From positions 124,001-188,000 of IMG/VR virus record IMGVR_UViG_3300026521_000003: DNA of 64,000 nucleotides. One strand, given 5' to 3'. Each line of letters begins with the position of its first letter. Within the stretch, counting starts at the first letter, position 1. Under the pieces are notes generated by a model that saw nothing but the letters and a program-made list of their open reading frames with translations, did not search any database and was not told the DNA's origin. Below are positions 42,501 to 51,937 of the stretch, piece after piece. Both the position numbers and the translations under genes were made by a program.

Positions 42501-43817
42501 GTTGAAGATCAAGTTAATGGAAATATTGGTGATTTAAATACATTAACTACTGATGATAAAACTAATTTAGTTGCTGCAATTAATGAAGTTGATGCTCATA
42601 CAGACACAAATGCTGCAGGTTTAGCTACTGAAATTACAGCTAGACAAGACGCTATAACTAATGAAGCTACTTTAAGAGCTAATGCTGATACTCAATTAAC
42701 TAATGATATAGCTGCTGAAACTACAAGAGCGACATCTGCTGAAGCGGCAAATACAGCGGCGATTGCGACTGAAACTACAAGAGCAACTACTGCTGAAGGT
42801 AATTTAGGTTTTAATGCTGTATTAACTGTTGATGATGGTGAAGGTGGTACTAGATTAGCTGGAAACTTAACTGAAGCAATTAATGCTGAAGTTGCTAGAG
42901 CAACTGCTGCTAATACAAATACTAATAACGATTTATCTGCTGAAATTACTAGAGCTACTGCTGCTGAAGCAACTCTACAAAGTAATATTGATAATGAAGC
43001 AACAAGAGCACAAGCTGCTGAAGCTACATTAACTAATGATTTAGCAAGCGAAGTAACTAGAGCTACTGCTGCTGAAGCAACTTTACAAACTAATTTAGAT
43101 AATGAAACTACAAGAGCAACTACTGCTGAAAGCACACTTCAATCTAATATTGATGCAGAAGCATTAACTAGAAGTACTAATGATGGTTCATTAATTTTCA
43201 ACTCGCCATTAGCAGATGCTACTAATTTAACAGATGCTATTAATGCTGAATTATTAAGAGCAACTACTGCTGAAGCTGCTAATACTACTGCTATCAATAA
43301 TGAAAATACAAGAGCAACTGCTGCTGAGACTGTATTAACTGATAATTTAAATACAGAAATTGCTAGAGCTACAGCAGCAGAACAAGCTAATGCTGATGCA
43401 ATCGCTGCTTTAGATGGTGCAACAGATGCAAAAATAGGAGATTTAACAACTCTTACTACTGATGCTCAAAATACTGTTGTTGCTGCTATTAATGAAGTTA
43501 ATGCTGAAACTGATGCTAATACAAATCAAGTATCAGTTATTAAAGCATTTATTAATGATATGCTAAGTAAATCTGGAAAAACAGTTGATGCGATTGAGTT
43601 AGTTGCTAATACTGAGTATTCAATCGATATTTCTGATTTAGCTTCTACAAATGTTGCTGTAACAGTTTATTCTGTTAATGGTACCATTTTGAGTCAAGAA
43701 TACGGTATGTTTATTGATATTGATACTGCTAATGCGATTGTAAAAATCACTTCTTCAATAGATGTTACTGTTAAAGCTGTTATTGCTTCTGATATTTCAG
43801 GATTAACAATAGCGTAA
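39537..43817 (+). CDS. long coiled-coil tail fibre protein
   Basis: Dozens of E.TRAT.AE.TLQ.N.D 18-aa repeats, GDL..LTT..K.NLV.AINE knots and the fibre motif LVDGAPELLDTLNELAQAINND; TATAAATA at 39469-76. Confidence 0.85.
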   Translation: MTHFIQLPNKTVSLLDQELALKNGNIAFEFGGTEKVLVTEEALQTAIAGMSAPITVATKADLDALTNNDVMTHQRIFVQDDGDGKWAYYMITDVTGTVPAYIKVSDEDIFGALFSDDVTAQISKIGDLANLNTGISVNLTDPTTIIEAINEVYAQHLALNTRVGDNADLTTTEKGTIVGAINELVVNISSNDGDILTIQNNIGDLTTINLTEAVDKASIVAAINKVIAVQNTKLDAEDVVPIIVSYTGLLTELTTTNQNSLVEAINEIVADVQANEDATIAVTGDLANLVTTDKTNLVAAINEVQGNVVTETNRATGAEATLQSNIDAEVARATTAENTLQTNLDTEAATRAANDGDLTTLTTDVKSNLVNAINEVDANTDAEAARAIAAETQLTTDLNNEVTARTAADTAIQAELDATQVAAGLGEDGSYTADATTNYIATATTLTGADKLLDAQTKVNADAIAAETTRATTAETTLQSNIDTVSADLATETTDRITADNALSDRIDSLESDVDGATGDLADLTTDAKDTLVDAINEVDAHADKNAADLATETTRATAAETTLQTNLDNETARAQAAEATLTTDLANEVTRATAAEQANTDAITTETTRATAAETTLQTNLDNETARAQAAEANLQSNIDAEAATRATNDGSLTFDESLNTTTTVENEDGTTSEVVTTPSDLTDAINKENARAKTVEAAIQADVDANEAAITATTDTLRSDLDAEIARATTAEQTLDTKIDTAVSNLVDGAPELLDTLNELAQAINNDENFSVTVANDIANAKSELRGAASEAMDTMKEIEDAFNAEKAARDARDAEQEQALTDEVTRATTAEATLQANIDDLAAEVESGNDGLQTEVDAIESNVGLNADGSYTADTATNYIGTAYSVRNETKLLDTQVKANADAITAETTRATDAEATLTNDLANEVTRATTAETTLQSNIDTVSANLATETTARTDADTVLQTNIDSEAATRLAADNALDARITTVEDQVNGNIGDLNTLTTDDKTNLVAAINEVDAHTDTNAAGLATEITARQDAITNEATLRANADTQLTNDIAAETTRATSAEAANTAAIATETTRATTAEGNLGFNAVLTVDDGEGGTRLAGNLTEAINAEVARATAANTNTNNDLSAEITRATAAEATLQSNIDNEATRAQAAEATLTNDLASEVTRATAAEATLQTNLDNETTRATTAESTLQSNIDAEALTRSTNDGSLIFNSPLADATNLTDAINAELLRATTAEAANTTAINNENTRATAAETVLTDNLNTEIARATAAEQANADAIAALDGATDAKIGDLTTLTTDAQNTVVAAINEVNAETDANTNQVSVIKAFINDMLSKSGKTVDAIELVANTEYSIDISDLASTNVAVTVYSVNGTILSQEYGMFIDIDTANAIVKITSSIDVTVKAVIASDISGLTIA
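41188..41437 (+). repeat. 88-bp exact direct repeat (41188-41275 / 41350-41437) inside the fibre gene
   Basis: Copies are offset by 162 bp, i.e. 3 x 54-bp repeat units. Confidence 0.85.
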
Positions 43818-43826
43818 GCTTACTTT

Positions 43827-43853
43827 TTCTAACCGAGTAAAACTCGGTTAGAA
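43827..43853 (+). terminator. intrinsic terminator
   Basis: Perfect 12-bp stem ttctaaccgagt-aaa-actcggttagaa followed by tttt. Confidence 0.8.
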
Positions 43854-43878
43854 TTTTAAATTTAAAGGAAATAAATTA

Positions 43879-44988
43879 ATGCAAGTTATAGAAGTAAAAC
43901 AAACAGATATTATAAATGATATACCAAATAATGTTATAGTTTTTAATAAAGAAACTCAATCATATTTTAAAAAAGACCAGTCGGTTATATTGACTGATAA
44001 TTTGACATTTAGAGATGCTATCTTGAATGAATATGCTAGCTGGGCAAGGTTTAGAGAAAAAGAGTTAGAGAGTGACTTTATTAAATACTATGATACCAAT
44101 GATAAAGAAAAGATTCTGAATGTTTTTAATGAAGACGATAAAATTATAGCTTTAGCGGAAGCTAGAAAACTAGAATTTGATACCACCCACATTTATTCTA
44201 ATATAAATGATGATATAAAAAATATATTTGAACAAAATAGACTAATAATTGATGATTTATACCTAACTCAATTTAATAAAGTAATATACGTAGATCAAAC
44301 CATAGGTTTAGATACTAATGGTGGTAGTATCGATTATCCTGTAAAAACTATACGTAGAGCGGAATCAATGATTATTGAAAAAACCGCTATAGTTTTAATG
44401 CATGGTATCTATGATATAACAAAAGGTAATACTAGATCGAATAAAAGATATTGTATCTCTGGCTTAGCAAGTAATATTGATAGCAATAATAATATTTTAT
44501 CAGTTGAATATATTAATATCGGTGCGATAGGTGATGTTATACTAATGGTTGATACAGATGGATTAGACTATGAATCAAGAGATTTATCGTTTGTTAATGG
44601 TATTATGAATGAAAATTCAAAAGCTATTGGTATTATATTTAAAATGCTTGATAAAAATAAAGAAAGCAACTATTCTGTAAGTATTGTGAGAAATTCAGAA
44701 GGATTTCAATTAATAGATTGTGTTTGTGATTTGGATGTTATGAATGGTAGTGTCGTGTATAATAAAACTGAGAATATCATTTCGGTAAAATTTATTAATA
44801 CTATTATAAATTATAAAAAAGCCTTAAATGGTGAGCAATATGATAGACCATATAGAGGTATATATGAACTTGAAAATTCTTTTATTAATAATGATCTTAA
44901 AATAAAAATTGATACGTATGATTCAAAACCTATGGATATAAATGGTAATGTATCAATGCTACAAAATTTAAATTTACGCAATTTTTAA
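43879..44988 (+). CDS. virion-associated protein with beta-helix-like (pectin-lyase fold) start motif
   Basis: VIYVDQTIGLDTNGGSIDYPVKTIRRA matches the YV....G.D.N.GS...P.KTI..A motif. Confidence 0.55.
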   Translation: MQVIEVKQTDIINDIPNNVIVFNKETQSYFKKDQSVILTDNLTFRDAILNEYASWARFREKELESDFIKYYDTNDKEKILNVFNEDDKIIALAEARKLEFDTTHIYSNINDDIKNIFEQNRLIIDDLYLTQFNKVIYVDQTIGLDTNGGSIDYPVKTIRRAESMIIEKTAIVLMHGIYDITKGNTRSNKRYCISGLASNIDSNNNILSVEYINIGAIGDVILMVDTDGLDYESRDLSFVNGIMNENSKAIGIIFKMLDKNKESNYSVSIVRNSEGFQLIDCVCDLDVMNGSVVYNKTENIISVKFINTIINYKKALNGEQYDRPYRGIYELENSFINNDLKIKIDTYDSKPMDINGNVSMLQNLNLRNF

Positions 44989-45093
44989 AAAAATACAATA
45001 TATCAGTTTAAATAATTTTTTCTCTTTTTTGAATAAATAAATAGAAAGTTAATTATGTGAACAAATAGTTTACAATAAAGGGAGAGTAAAATT

Positions 45094-48000
45094 ATGGCGA
45101 TTTTAAAAAGAAGTAAACAATCGATTGTTGGATTAGATGTTCAATTAGCAAATATTGAAACAAATATAACTAATAATCTAACCAATCTTAATGCTGAAAT
45201 TACAAGAGCACAAAATGCAGAAGGTGTAATAAACAATAATCTTAATAGTGTTACGGCTACAGTTAATATATTAAATGCTGATAGTACTACTGTGGGATCA
45301 GTTGATAAAAAAATAATCGACGCCACTTCAGAGTTAATGACCGCTACAAATACATATACTAAGGTGGAAGTTGATAATATTGTATCAACAAAACTTGATA
45401 GTTCATTGGTGTTAAGTACTGTTTCATCGGGTAATTTGATTGTAACCCAAACAGAATTAAATTTAAAAGCTAATTCGTCGGATGTTTATAGTAAATCTGA
45501 GATGGATACTAATTTAGATGGTAAAGCTGATGCATCATCAACTTATACGAAAACAGAAGTTGATAGTATAGCGGCTAATTTAGCTAATACATCTGATGTT
45601 TACACTAAAACAGAAACAGATAATCTAATTGCACCAAAAGCCAATTCATCCGATGTTTATACTAAAACAGAAGTTGATTCTAGTTTAGCTAATAAAGTAA
45701 ATACCACCGATACTATAACTGCAATTTCATCAACAAATAAAATAGCGACTCAAACAGAATTAGATTTAAAAGCTAATTCATCCGATGTTTATACTAAACC
45801 GGAAGTTGATTCTAGTTTAAGTGGTAAGATTAATACTACTGATACAGTTACGGGGATATCATCTACTAATAAGGTAGTAACTGAAGCTGAACTTTCAACT
45901 AAAGCTAATACTACTGATGTTTACACCCAAACACAGATTAATGATGCTTTAGCATTGAAACTGAATTCGACAGATGGTGGAAAAATTGGACCTTCACTTA
46001 AAGTTGTTGATGAAACTAATATTGCAGATACAAAAATATTATCGTATGATGCAGCTAGTGGTAATATAGTATATGTTGATAAGCCATCTTCTGGTGATTC
46101 TATTGATGATGGTACTATAACTAGTACTACTACTTGGAGTTCATCAAAAATTAAAACAGAATTAGATTTAAAAGCAGATGCGGATAATGTTTATACTAAA
46201 ACAGAAGTTGATACATCTATTTCTGCAGCAAGTCAAGGGATAAAATATGCTGTTGCTGATATAGATGCATTGAATGCTTTAACAGATATGGAACAAGATG
46301 ATCAAGCATTGGTTGAATCGGATAGATATGTCTATAAATATGATGCTACAGATGGTTGGGTTCAATTCTATGCAATGGATGCTACACATAATCACGATGA
46401 TTTATATTACACTAAATCAGAAGCCGATACATTTTTAGGAACAAAACTGAATTCGACAGATGGTGGAAAAATTGGACCCTCACTTAAAGTTGTTGATGAA
46501 ACTAATATTGCAGATACAAAAATATTATCGTATGATGCAGCTAGTGGTAATATAGTATATGTTGATAAGCCGGCAGATGGTCTTCCAGGAGAGGATGGGG
46601 CTGATGGTACATTGGCTGATGATTCTGTTGTATCTACAAGCACTACATGGACATCTAGTAAAATTGATAGTGAATTAAGTTTAAAAGCTGATGCAGCAGA
46701 AACATATACTAAGACAGAAGTTGATGATATTGCTTTAACAAAGGTTAATGTAGGAGATGTATTAAGTGAAATTTCAACATCAAACAAAGTTGTTACTCAA
46801 ACAGATATTGCAGGCAAAGCAGATGCAACAAATGTTTATACTACTTCAGAAATAGATTCATTAGCATTATCAAAAGTGAATACCAGCGATGTGTTATCAT
46901 CTATTACTGATAGTAATAAAGTTGTTACTCAAACAGATATTGCAGGTAAAGCGGATGCAACAAACGTATATACTAAGTCGGAAAGCGATAGTAATTTATC
47001 ATTAAAGGCTAATACATCAGATGTATATACAAAATCAGAAATAGATTCTAGTTTAGCTGGTAAATTAAATACTACGGATAGTGTTACTTCTGTTTCGGAT
47101 ACTAATAAATTAGTTACAGAATCAGAAATAACTAGTTTTGCTAATTCTGCGGATGTTTATACTAAATCAGAAGTTGATGCTATCGTTTTACCGAAATTTG
47201 ATGATGCTGTAGCTTTAACTAGTGTTTCAACAAGTAATAAGTTAGTAACTGAAACGGAATTATCAACAAAAGTTAATACTACTGATATTAAAACATCAAC
47301 ATCGTCTACTAATAAAATTGTAACAGAATCAGATGTAACCGCTGCAATAGATGCAAATAATGCTACACTATCACAAGCCCCAATTATTGCTGTAGATAGA
47401 CCTATATTATCTACACAATCTGCGAACGATCTTGATTATGTGTTTTCTTTCCCTTTAAGCAAAACACCACACGGTTTAATTGCAGTAAATGATGAAATTA
47501 CTATTTATGATTATGATGGTTCTGGACAATCGATAGTATTTGAAAATGTTTCTCTTTTTTCTGATAAACATGGTGAAATCGCAGTAACGTTAGCAAGTAC
47601 ATCAGATGAAGATGATTATGCAGGAAAAACAATTAAAGTATGTTATTTAACAACTGAAACAACAGTTACTCCAGGAACAGATGAAGCGCACCCAATTATA
47701 ATTAATACTAATGTTGAATTTGAATCACAAGGTTCGGGAACAACAAATTATTCGATTGATTTTTCACAAGGTAACTATTATATGGTACAATTTGACGTAA
47801 CAGAAGATGCTGATGGTAATGGTACTGATTGGAATCCAAAAGTTTCAGTAGTATTAGATACTTCACATTCTGCTAATGGTGGATTTCATTCTTCTAATTC
47901 AACTGATTATGAAGCAAATCTTTATTTAAATGATGACGATTACGCTGCTTTAGATAAAAAATCTATTGCATGGCCAGGAACTAGTGATGAAGCTCAGTAC

Positions 48001-48111
48001 ATTCAGTATAATTGGACAATGGCTATTGAAGCAGATGCAAATGATTCTACAGGAAATATTTATATTTTATCATTCACTCAAGGTGATTCTGTTGGTGGTG
48101 GAGCACTATAA
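45094..48111 (+). CDS. tail fibre protein with KA(N/D)..DVYTK.EVD repeats
   Basis: Many KAN.SDVYTK.E.D repeats, TTWSSSKI and HNHDDLYYTK motifs, distinct C-terminal domain. Confidence 0.8.
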   Translation: MAILKRSKQSIVGLDVQLANIETNITNNLTNLNAEITRAQNAEGVINNNLNSVTATVNILNADSTTVGSVDKKIIDATSELMTATNTYTKVEVDNIVSTKLDSSLVLSTVSSGNLIVTQTELNLKANSSDVYSKSEMDTNLDGKADASSTYTKTEVDSIAANLANTSDVYTKTETDNLIAPKANSSDVYTKTEVDSSLANKVNTTDTITAISSTNKIATQTELDLKANSSDVYTKPEVDSSLSGKINTTDTVTGISSTNKVVTEAELSTKANTTDVYTQTQINDALALKLNSTDGGKIGPSLKVVDETNIADTKILSYDAASGNIVYVDKPSSGDSIDDGTITSTTTWSSSKIKTELDLKADADNVYTKTEVDTSISAASQGIKYAVADIDALNALTDMEQDDQALVESDRYVYKYDATDGWVQFYAMDATHNHDDLYYTKSEADTFLGTKLNSTDGGKIGPSLKVVDETNIADTKILSYDAASGNIVYVDKPADGLPGEDGADGTLADDSVVSTSTTWTSSKIDSELSLKADAAETYTKTEVDDIALTKVNVGDVLSEISTSNKVVTQTDIAGKADATNVYTTSEIDSLALSKVNTSDVLSSITDSNKVVTQTDIAGKADATNVYTKSESDSNLSLKANTSDVYTKSEIDSSLAGKLNTTDSVTSVSDTNKLVTESEITSFANSADVYTKSEVDAIVLPKFDDAVALTSVSTSNKLVTETELSTKVNTTDIKTSTSSTNKIVTESDVTAAIDANNATLSQAPIIAVDRPILSTQSANDLDYVFSFPLSKTPHGLIAVNDEITIYDYDGSGQSIVFENVSLFSDKHGEIAVTLASTSDEDDYAGKTIKVCYLTTETTVTPGTDEAHPIIINTNVEFESQGSGTTNYSIDFSQGNYYMVQFDVTEDADGNGTDWNPKVSVVLDTSHSANGGFHSSNSTDYEANLYLNDDDYAALDKKSIAWPGTSDEAQYIQYNWTMAIEADANDSTGNIYILSFTQGDSVGGGAL
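45958..46571 (+). repeat. 128-bp direct repeat (45958-46085 / 46444-46571)
   Basis: Both copies encode KLNSTDGGKIGPSLKVVDETNIADTKILSYDAASGNIVYVDKP; one synonymous mismatch seen (cct/ccc). Confidence 0.9.
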
Positions 48112-48118
48112 TATAGAT

Positions 48119-48138
48119 GAGAGATTATAAAATCTCTC
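48119..48138 (+). terminator. terminator-like hairpin
   Basis: gagagatt-ataa-aatctctc after the fibre gene. Confidence 0.6.
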
Positions 48139-48172
48139 TCTATTTTAGTATAAATAAAATAAAGGAGTTAAC

Positions 48173-48520
48173 ATGGCACGACAAAAAACTATAAAAGTTA
48201 AATCATCGTTTGAAAAACAAAATAAACATTCAGAATTTAAATTGGATTTTAATAAAACAAATAAATATAAAATTGTTTTTGAAGATGGTTACTATGCTAC
48301 AATAACTGACCATACAGAGCATATTTTGAATGATGATGATGTCGAAGCTGTTTTATATTCTCCAGAAGGTAAGAAAAAACTAATAAATTGGGTGTCGGCA
48401 AAAGCTGATGAAGCTCAATTTATTGCATATAATTGGTTTATGCAAATTCAGTTATTAAAAAATAATATTTATTCATTAACATTTTATCGTGGTAAAAGTG
48501 TTGGTGGTGGTGTTTTATAA
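48173..48520 (+). CDS. stand-alone paralogue of the 45094 fibre C-terminal domain
   Basis: DEAQFIAYNWFM...NIYSLTFYRGKSVGGGVL versus DEAQYIQYNWTM...NIYILSFTQGDSVGGGAL; own TATAAATA at 48149-56. Confidence 0.75.
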   Translation: MARQKTIKVKSSFEKQNKHSEFKLDFNKTNKYKIVFEDGYYATITDHTEHILNDDDVEAVLYSPEGKKKLINWVSAKADEAQFIAYNWFMQIQLLKNNIYSLTFYRGKSVGGGVL

Positions 48521-48529
48521 GGAGTTATA

Positions 48530-48988
48530 ATGGCATTAATAAAAGAAGAATGGATTATACGGAAAACTTCGACTGTTAGTATTGATGCGGCTAATAGTTA
48601 TATTCGAGATCAATTAGACAACAAACAGGATGCAGAGGAAAATATAAGTTCGTCTGGTGATTATATTGATAATTTTTTCGCAGATCTATTTGATTCGAGG
48701 GATGGGTCGTTATATCGTATTTATTCGGTTGGTGCAACAAATAATTCTGCCGTAATTGATGGAGACGCAGATAACGGAGATTCATATTTTAATGTTGTTT
48801 TGACAGCAGACGTAATTACAGAGATTGAAAACTCTGGAACTTTCTTAAAAACAAGCGACGCTTCAGTAACTTATGCTACTAAAGATGAAATCCCTGATTT
48901 AACAAATTATAGAGTGGAATCAGAGATTGTACAAATTGTAGATGATAAAATTGGTGCAATTCAAATAGATGAAGTTATAATAGGATAG
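48530..48988 (+). CDS. virion structural protein (fibre cluster)
   Basis: Late operon context; TYATKDEIPDL fibre-like motif. Confidence 0.55.
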   Translation: MALIKEEWIIRKTSTVSIDAANSYIRDQLDNKQDAEENISSSGDYIDNFFADLFDSRDGSLYRIYSVGATNNSAVIDGDADNGDSYFNVVLTADVITEIENSGTFLKTSDASVTYATKDEIPDLTNYRVESEIVQIVDDKIGAIQIDEVIIG

Positions 48989-48992
48989 AATA

Positions 48993-49970
48993 ATGGCTAT
49001 AAAAACAATTAATGGTATATTAAAATCAGATAGTGCTAAAACAGCTGATGAATTCAATTCAGATATTTTAAACGCGTGTAATAATGCAGAGAGTTTAGAT
49101 ACGGCTAATAACTATGTGGGTTTAGTATTTAATCTTAAAGATAAAAGAATAGATTTTGTTCCTAGTGATTCTGTTAGTACTGATTTTAGTGTTAATTCTA
49201 CTACCATTGTGGATGGTAGTTCTGGTACAAATATAGAAGATGCTTATGTAAGAACGGAAGCTACACCAATTTCTGTTGGTGGTGTAACAACAGGAACAAC
49301 GTTTGATGGAACAGTTGCAGATGCATTGGATAAAGTTTTATATCCATATGTTCAACCAACATTTTCTTCATTTTATTTATCATCACAACTTACATCATTA
49401 GAAGTAGGAGATAAAATTTCGGGTGGTAGTAGAACATTTACATGGGCTACAACTACTTCTGAAAATATATCAAGTAATTCAATTAAAATTACGTTGGATT
49501 CAACAATTTTATTAGAAAATGTTGCAGATAGTGGCTCTGCAACAATAGATATTGGTTCTGATATTATTAATACAAGTGCAACATCAAATTACTTCTATAT
49601 TTATGCAACTGATACTCAAGGAGATACTATAAGTCGAATATTTGCAGTTTATTGGAAGTGGCGTTTATATTATGGTTCATCTGCATTAGAAGTAATTGAT
49701 GAAAATAATGTAAAAACACTACAAAATAGCTTTTTATATACCACAGAGAATTACACTTATGCAACTCCAGCTGAAAATTTTAAATGGATTTGTTATCCAG
49801 TATCTTTTGGATTAGCTAGTAAATTTACAGATATTGATACTGGATTTAGTGTAGCTATGGAAAGTCCACAAACGGTATCAATAACGAATGATTTTGGTGT
49901 TACAACGGATTATTATTGTTATCGTACTACTAATAGTCTGACTGGCGCAGTTAATATCAAAATAGGTTAA
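48993..49970 (+). CDS. virion structural protein (fibre cluster)
   Basis: SVGGVTTGTTFDGTVADALDKVLYPYVQPTF; Ser/Thr-rich, predicted beta-rich. Confidence 0.6.
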   Translation: MAIKTINGILKSDSAKTADEFNSDILNACNNAESLDTANNYVGLVFNLKDKRIDFVPSDSVSTDFSVNSTTIVDGSSGTNIEDAYVRTEATPISVGGVTTGTTFDGTVADALDKVLYPYVQPTFSSFYLSSQLTSLEVGDKISGGSRTFTWATTTSENISSNSIKITLDSTILLENVADSGSATIDIGSDIINTSATSNYFYIYATDTQGDTISRIFAVYWKWRLYYGSSALEVIDENNVKTLQNSFLYTTENYTYATPAENFKWICYPVSFGLASKFTDIDTGFSVAMESPQTVSITNDFGVTTDYYCYRTTNSLTGAVNIKIG

Positions 49971-49984
49971 AGGGGAGATATAAT

Positions 49985-50779
49985 ATGGCATCATATAGCG
50001 GTACAATAGTTTTATCTGGTATGATAAGTCCAACGGATACGTTAGACCAATATCCAACACATGAAGATATTTTAGGGAAAGGTGGTTATAGTACAGTATT
50101 AGATCTTACTGCTAGAGATAACATTACATCATTGCGACGTAAAAGTGGAATGATGGTATATGTTGAATCAGAAGATATGATTTATATATTAAAAGGGGGT
50201 ATAGATAATACTAATTGGACTGAATTTAGTGCATCATCTACATCTTCAACCGATGAATTGTTGATTACTACTATACCAGTCACAAATATTATTAATACTA
50301 TATTTTCAGGTGTGACAATACCGGATGGTGAAATATTATATGTGCGTGGTAATGAGGGAGAGATTGATACTACTATTTATTCTGGTACTTTATCGACAGT
50401 ATTAATCAATAATAATTACAATGATTTTATTATTGTTTTTGATGGAACTAGTTCATCGGTTTATGTAAACAGTAAGGTCGATGAATCACATGTACAGATA
50501 GCAATTAATGAATATCCAAAAAATTATGATGTAATTGATTTAAGTGTAAATTCTATTTCAGCTAATATTACATCACTTTTATCTACTAGTTATACTGATG
50601 CAGTGCAGGTATTTTCTTATGAAGGTATAATCTCAACATTAGAACGAGAGGATAATAGTTTTACTGCTTTAAATAAGAATAAAGAATTTGTAGTTATGTA
50701 TGATGGTCAGACTTTTTCAGCTTATAAAAAGCAGAAAGTTACTATTGCGGATCTACAAAATAAAAAAGTAATAATATAG
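49985..50779 (+). CDS. virion structural protein with fibre-associated N-terminal domain
   Basis: YPTH...GKGGY..V.DLTARDNI...RRKSGMMVYV...Y.L...NW. Confidence 0.6.
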   Translation: MASYSGTIVLSGMISPTDTLDQYPTHEDILGKGGYSTVLDLTARDNITSLRRKSGMMVYVESEDMIYILKGGIDNTNWTEFSASSTSSTDELLITTIPVTNIINTIFSGVTIPDGEILYVRGNEGEIDTTIYSGTLSTVLINNNYNDFIIVFDGTSSSVYVNSKVDESHVQIAINEYPKNYDVIDLSVNSISANITSLLSTSYTDAVQVFSYEGIISTLEREDNSFTALNKNKEFVVMYDGQTFSAYKKQKVTIADLQNKKVII

Positions 50780-50792
50780 AGAGGAAATATTA

Positions 50793-51458
50793 ATGGGTTT
50801 GGTGAAAAAAAATAAATTACATAATCCTCAAATTATATCTGATACACCACCCGTATCAATTACTTCTGATGATATCGGTAGATTATGGGTTGATAAGACA
50901 ACTAATACTATGTCGATTGCAATAGGTAGTAAAGTTGATGGATCTCCAGAATTACGAAATATTTTAGATTCAAACGATTTAACTAATATAGATGATAGTT
51001 TTTATAAAGGTATATCAGAAGAATTTGTTGATATAGTTTTACAAGTTTCTGGTGATAAACATTTCGATAACGGTTATGATTTTTTTAGTGATCCGGTTTT
51101 CTTAGAAAATTCAAATCAGGATTTAGATGATTATTATTCATTTTTTTATAAAGAAGTTGTAGACTCAACTTCAAATGGATATATACGTTCAATTTCAACC
51201 ATAGATGGAGTAAAGCATGTTCGAGCTGCAAATGGAAATGATTCATATTTATATGATGATAATACTATAAGTCATGTTAAATATTCTAAAATTATATTAA
51301 CATTAAAAGTTAAAGATGTAATAGGTATTACTTTTGATAATAAAGATATTTTAGAATCTGGATTTGAATTACAGTCAGATAAACAGACAATATTAATTTA
51401 TGCAGATCCAGAAGGTTTTTTTATAAATAAAAGGGTTAAAGTGAAATATATAATATAA
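50793..51458 (+). CDS. virion structural protein
   Basis: DTPP...DIGRLWVDKTT fibre-base-like motif; late operon. Confidence 0.55.
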   Translation: MGLVKKNKLHNPQIISDTPPVSITSDDIGRLWVDKTTNTMSIAIGSKVDGSPELRNILDSNDLTNIDDSFYKGISEEFVDIVLQVSGDKHFDNGYDFFSDPVFLENSNQDLDDYYSFFYKEVVDSTSNGYIRSISTIDGVKHVRAANGNDSYLYDDNTISHVKYSKIILTLKVKDVIGITFDNKDILESGFELQSDKQTILIYADPEGFFINKRVKVKYII

Positions 51459-51469
51459 AAGGTTGTATT

Positions 51470-51937
51470 GTGAAAATTGAAAAAGATACCATAATGGGTC
51501 AAGTTCTTCATCAAGTTAATGAAGATAAAAAAAATGCAAATATTATTGAAAAAATACATAACCTTATTAATTCGATTGAAGAAGAAGAATATGAGTTTAA
51601 TGATCAATTATGGACTTCATCAGATCTAATAGTTACAGATAAAAAAAATATAAGTTCTAATGATGAATTAATCATAATAACTGAATATGCTTATGAATTT
51701 AGTTGGTTGGTATATAAATTAAATGCAATATATTGTCCAAATAGAGTAACATCCAATAGATTATTTACTACTATCGGTTTTTTATTTGATATTTATATGG
51801 ATAAATATGAGGACATTATGATTGTTCTTAAAATGGTTATATTGGTATCGCTAGTTTGGTTGCACCCAGACCATATAGGACAAGATAAATTTTTAGTACA
51901 TCCGATTGATTTACCAAATTTTGGAAAGGAATTTTAA
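51470..51937 (+). CDS. hypothetical protein
   Basis: 155-aa ORF with hydrophobic C-terminal part. Confidence 0.5.
   Translation: MKIEKDTIMGQVLHQVNEDKKNANIIEKIHNLINSIEEEEYEFNDQLWTSSDLIVTDKKNISSNDELIIITEYAYEFSWLVYKLNAIYCPNRVTSNRLFTTIGFLFDIYMDKYEDIMIVLKMVILVSLVWLHPDHIGQDKFLVHPIDLPNFGKEF

Noticed and set aside
7689-46787. Minus-strand ORFs inside fibre genes (7689, 8232, 39998, 40850, 42692, 45141, 46407)
   Set aside because: Antisense shadows of repetitive GCT/ACT-rich coding sequence; no RBS or promoter
45958-48520. Diversity-generating retroelement (template/variable repeat) in the fibre cluster
   Set aside because: No reverse transcriptase in the window. The 128-bp copies differ by one synonymous T/C rather than at adenines, and the tip paralogues are too diverged at the DNA level.
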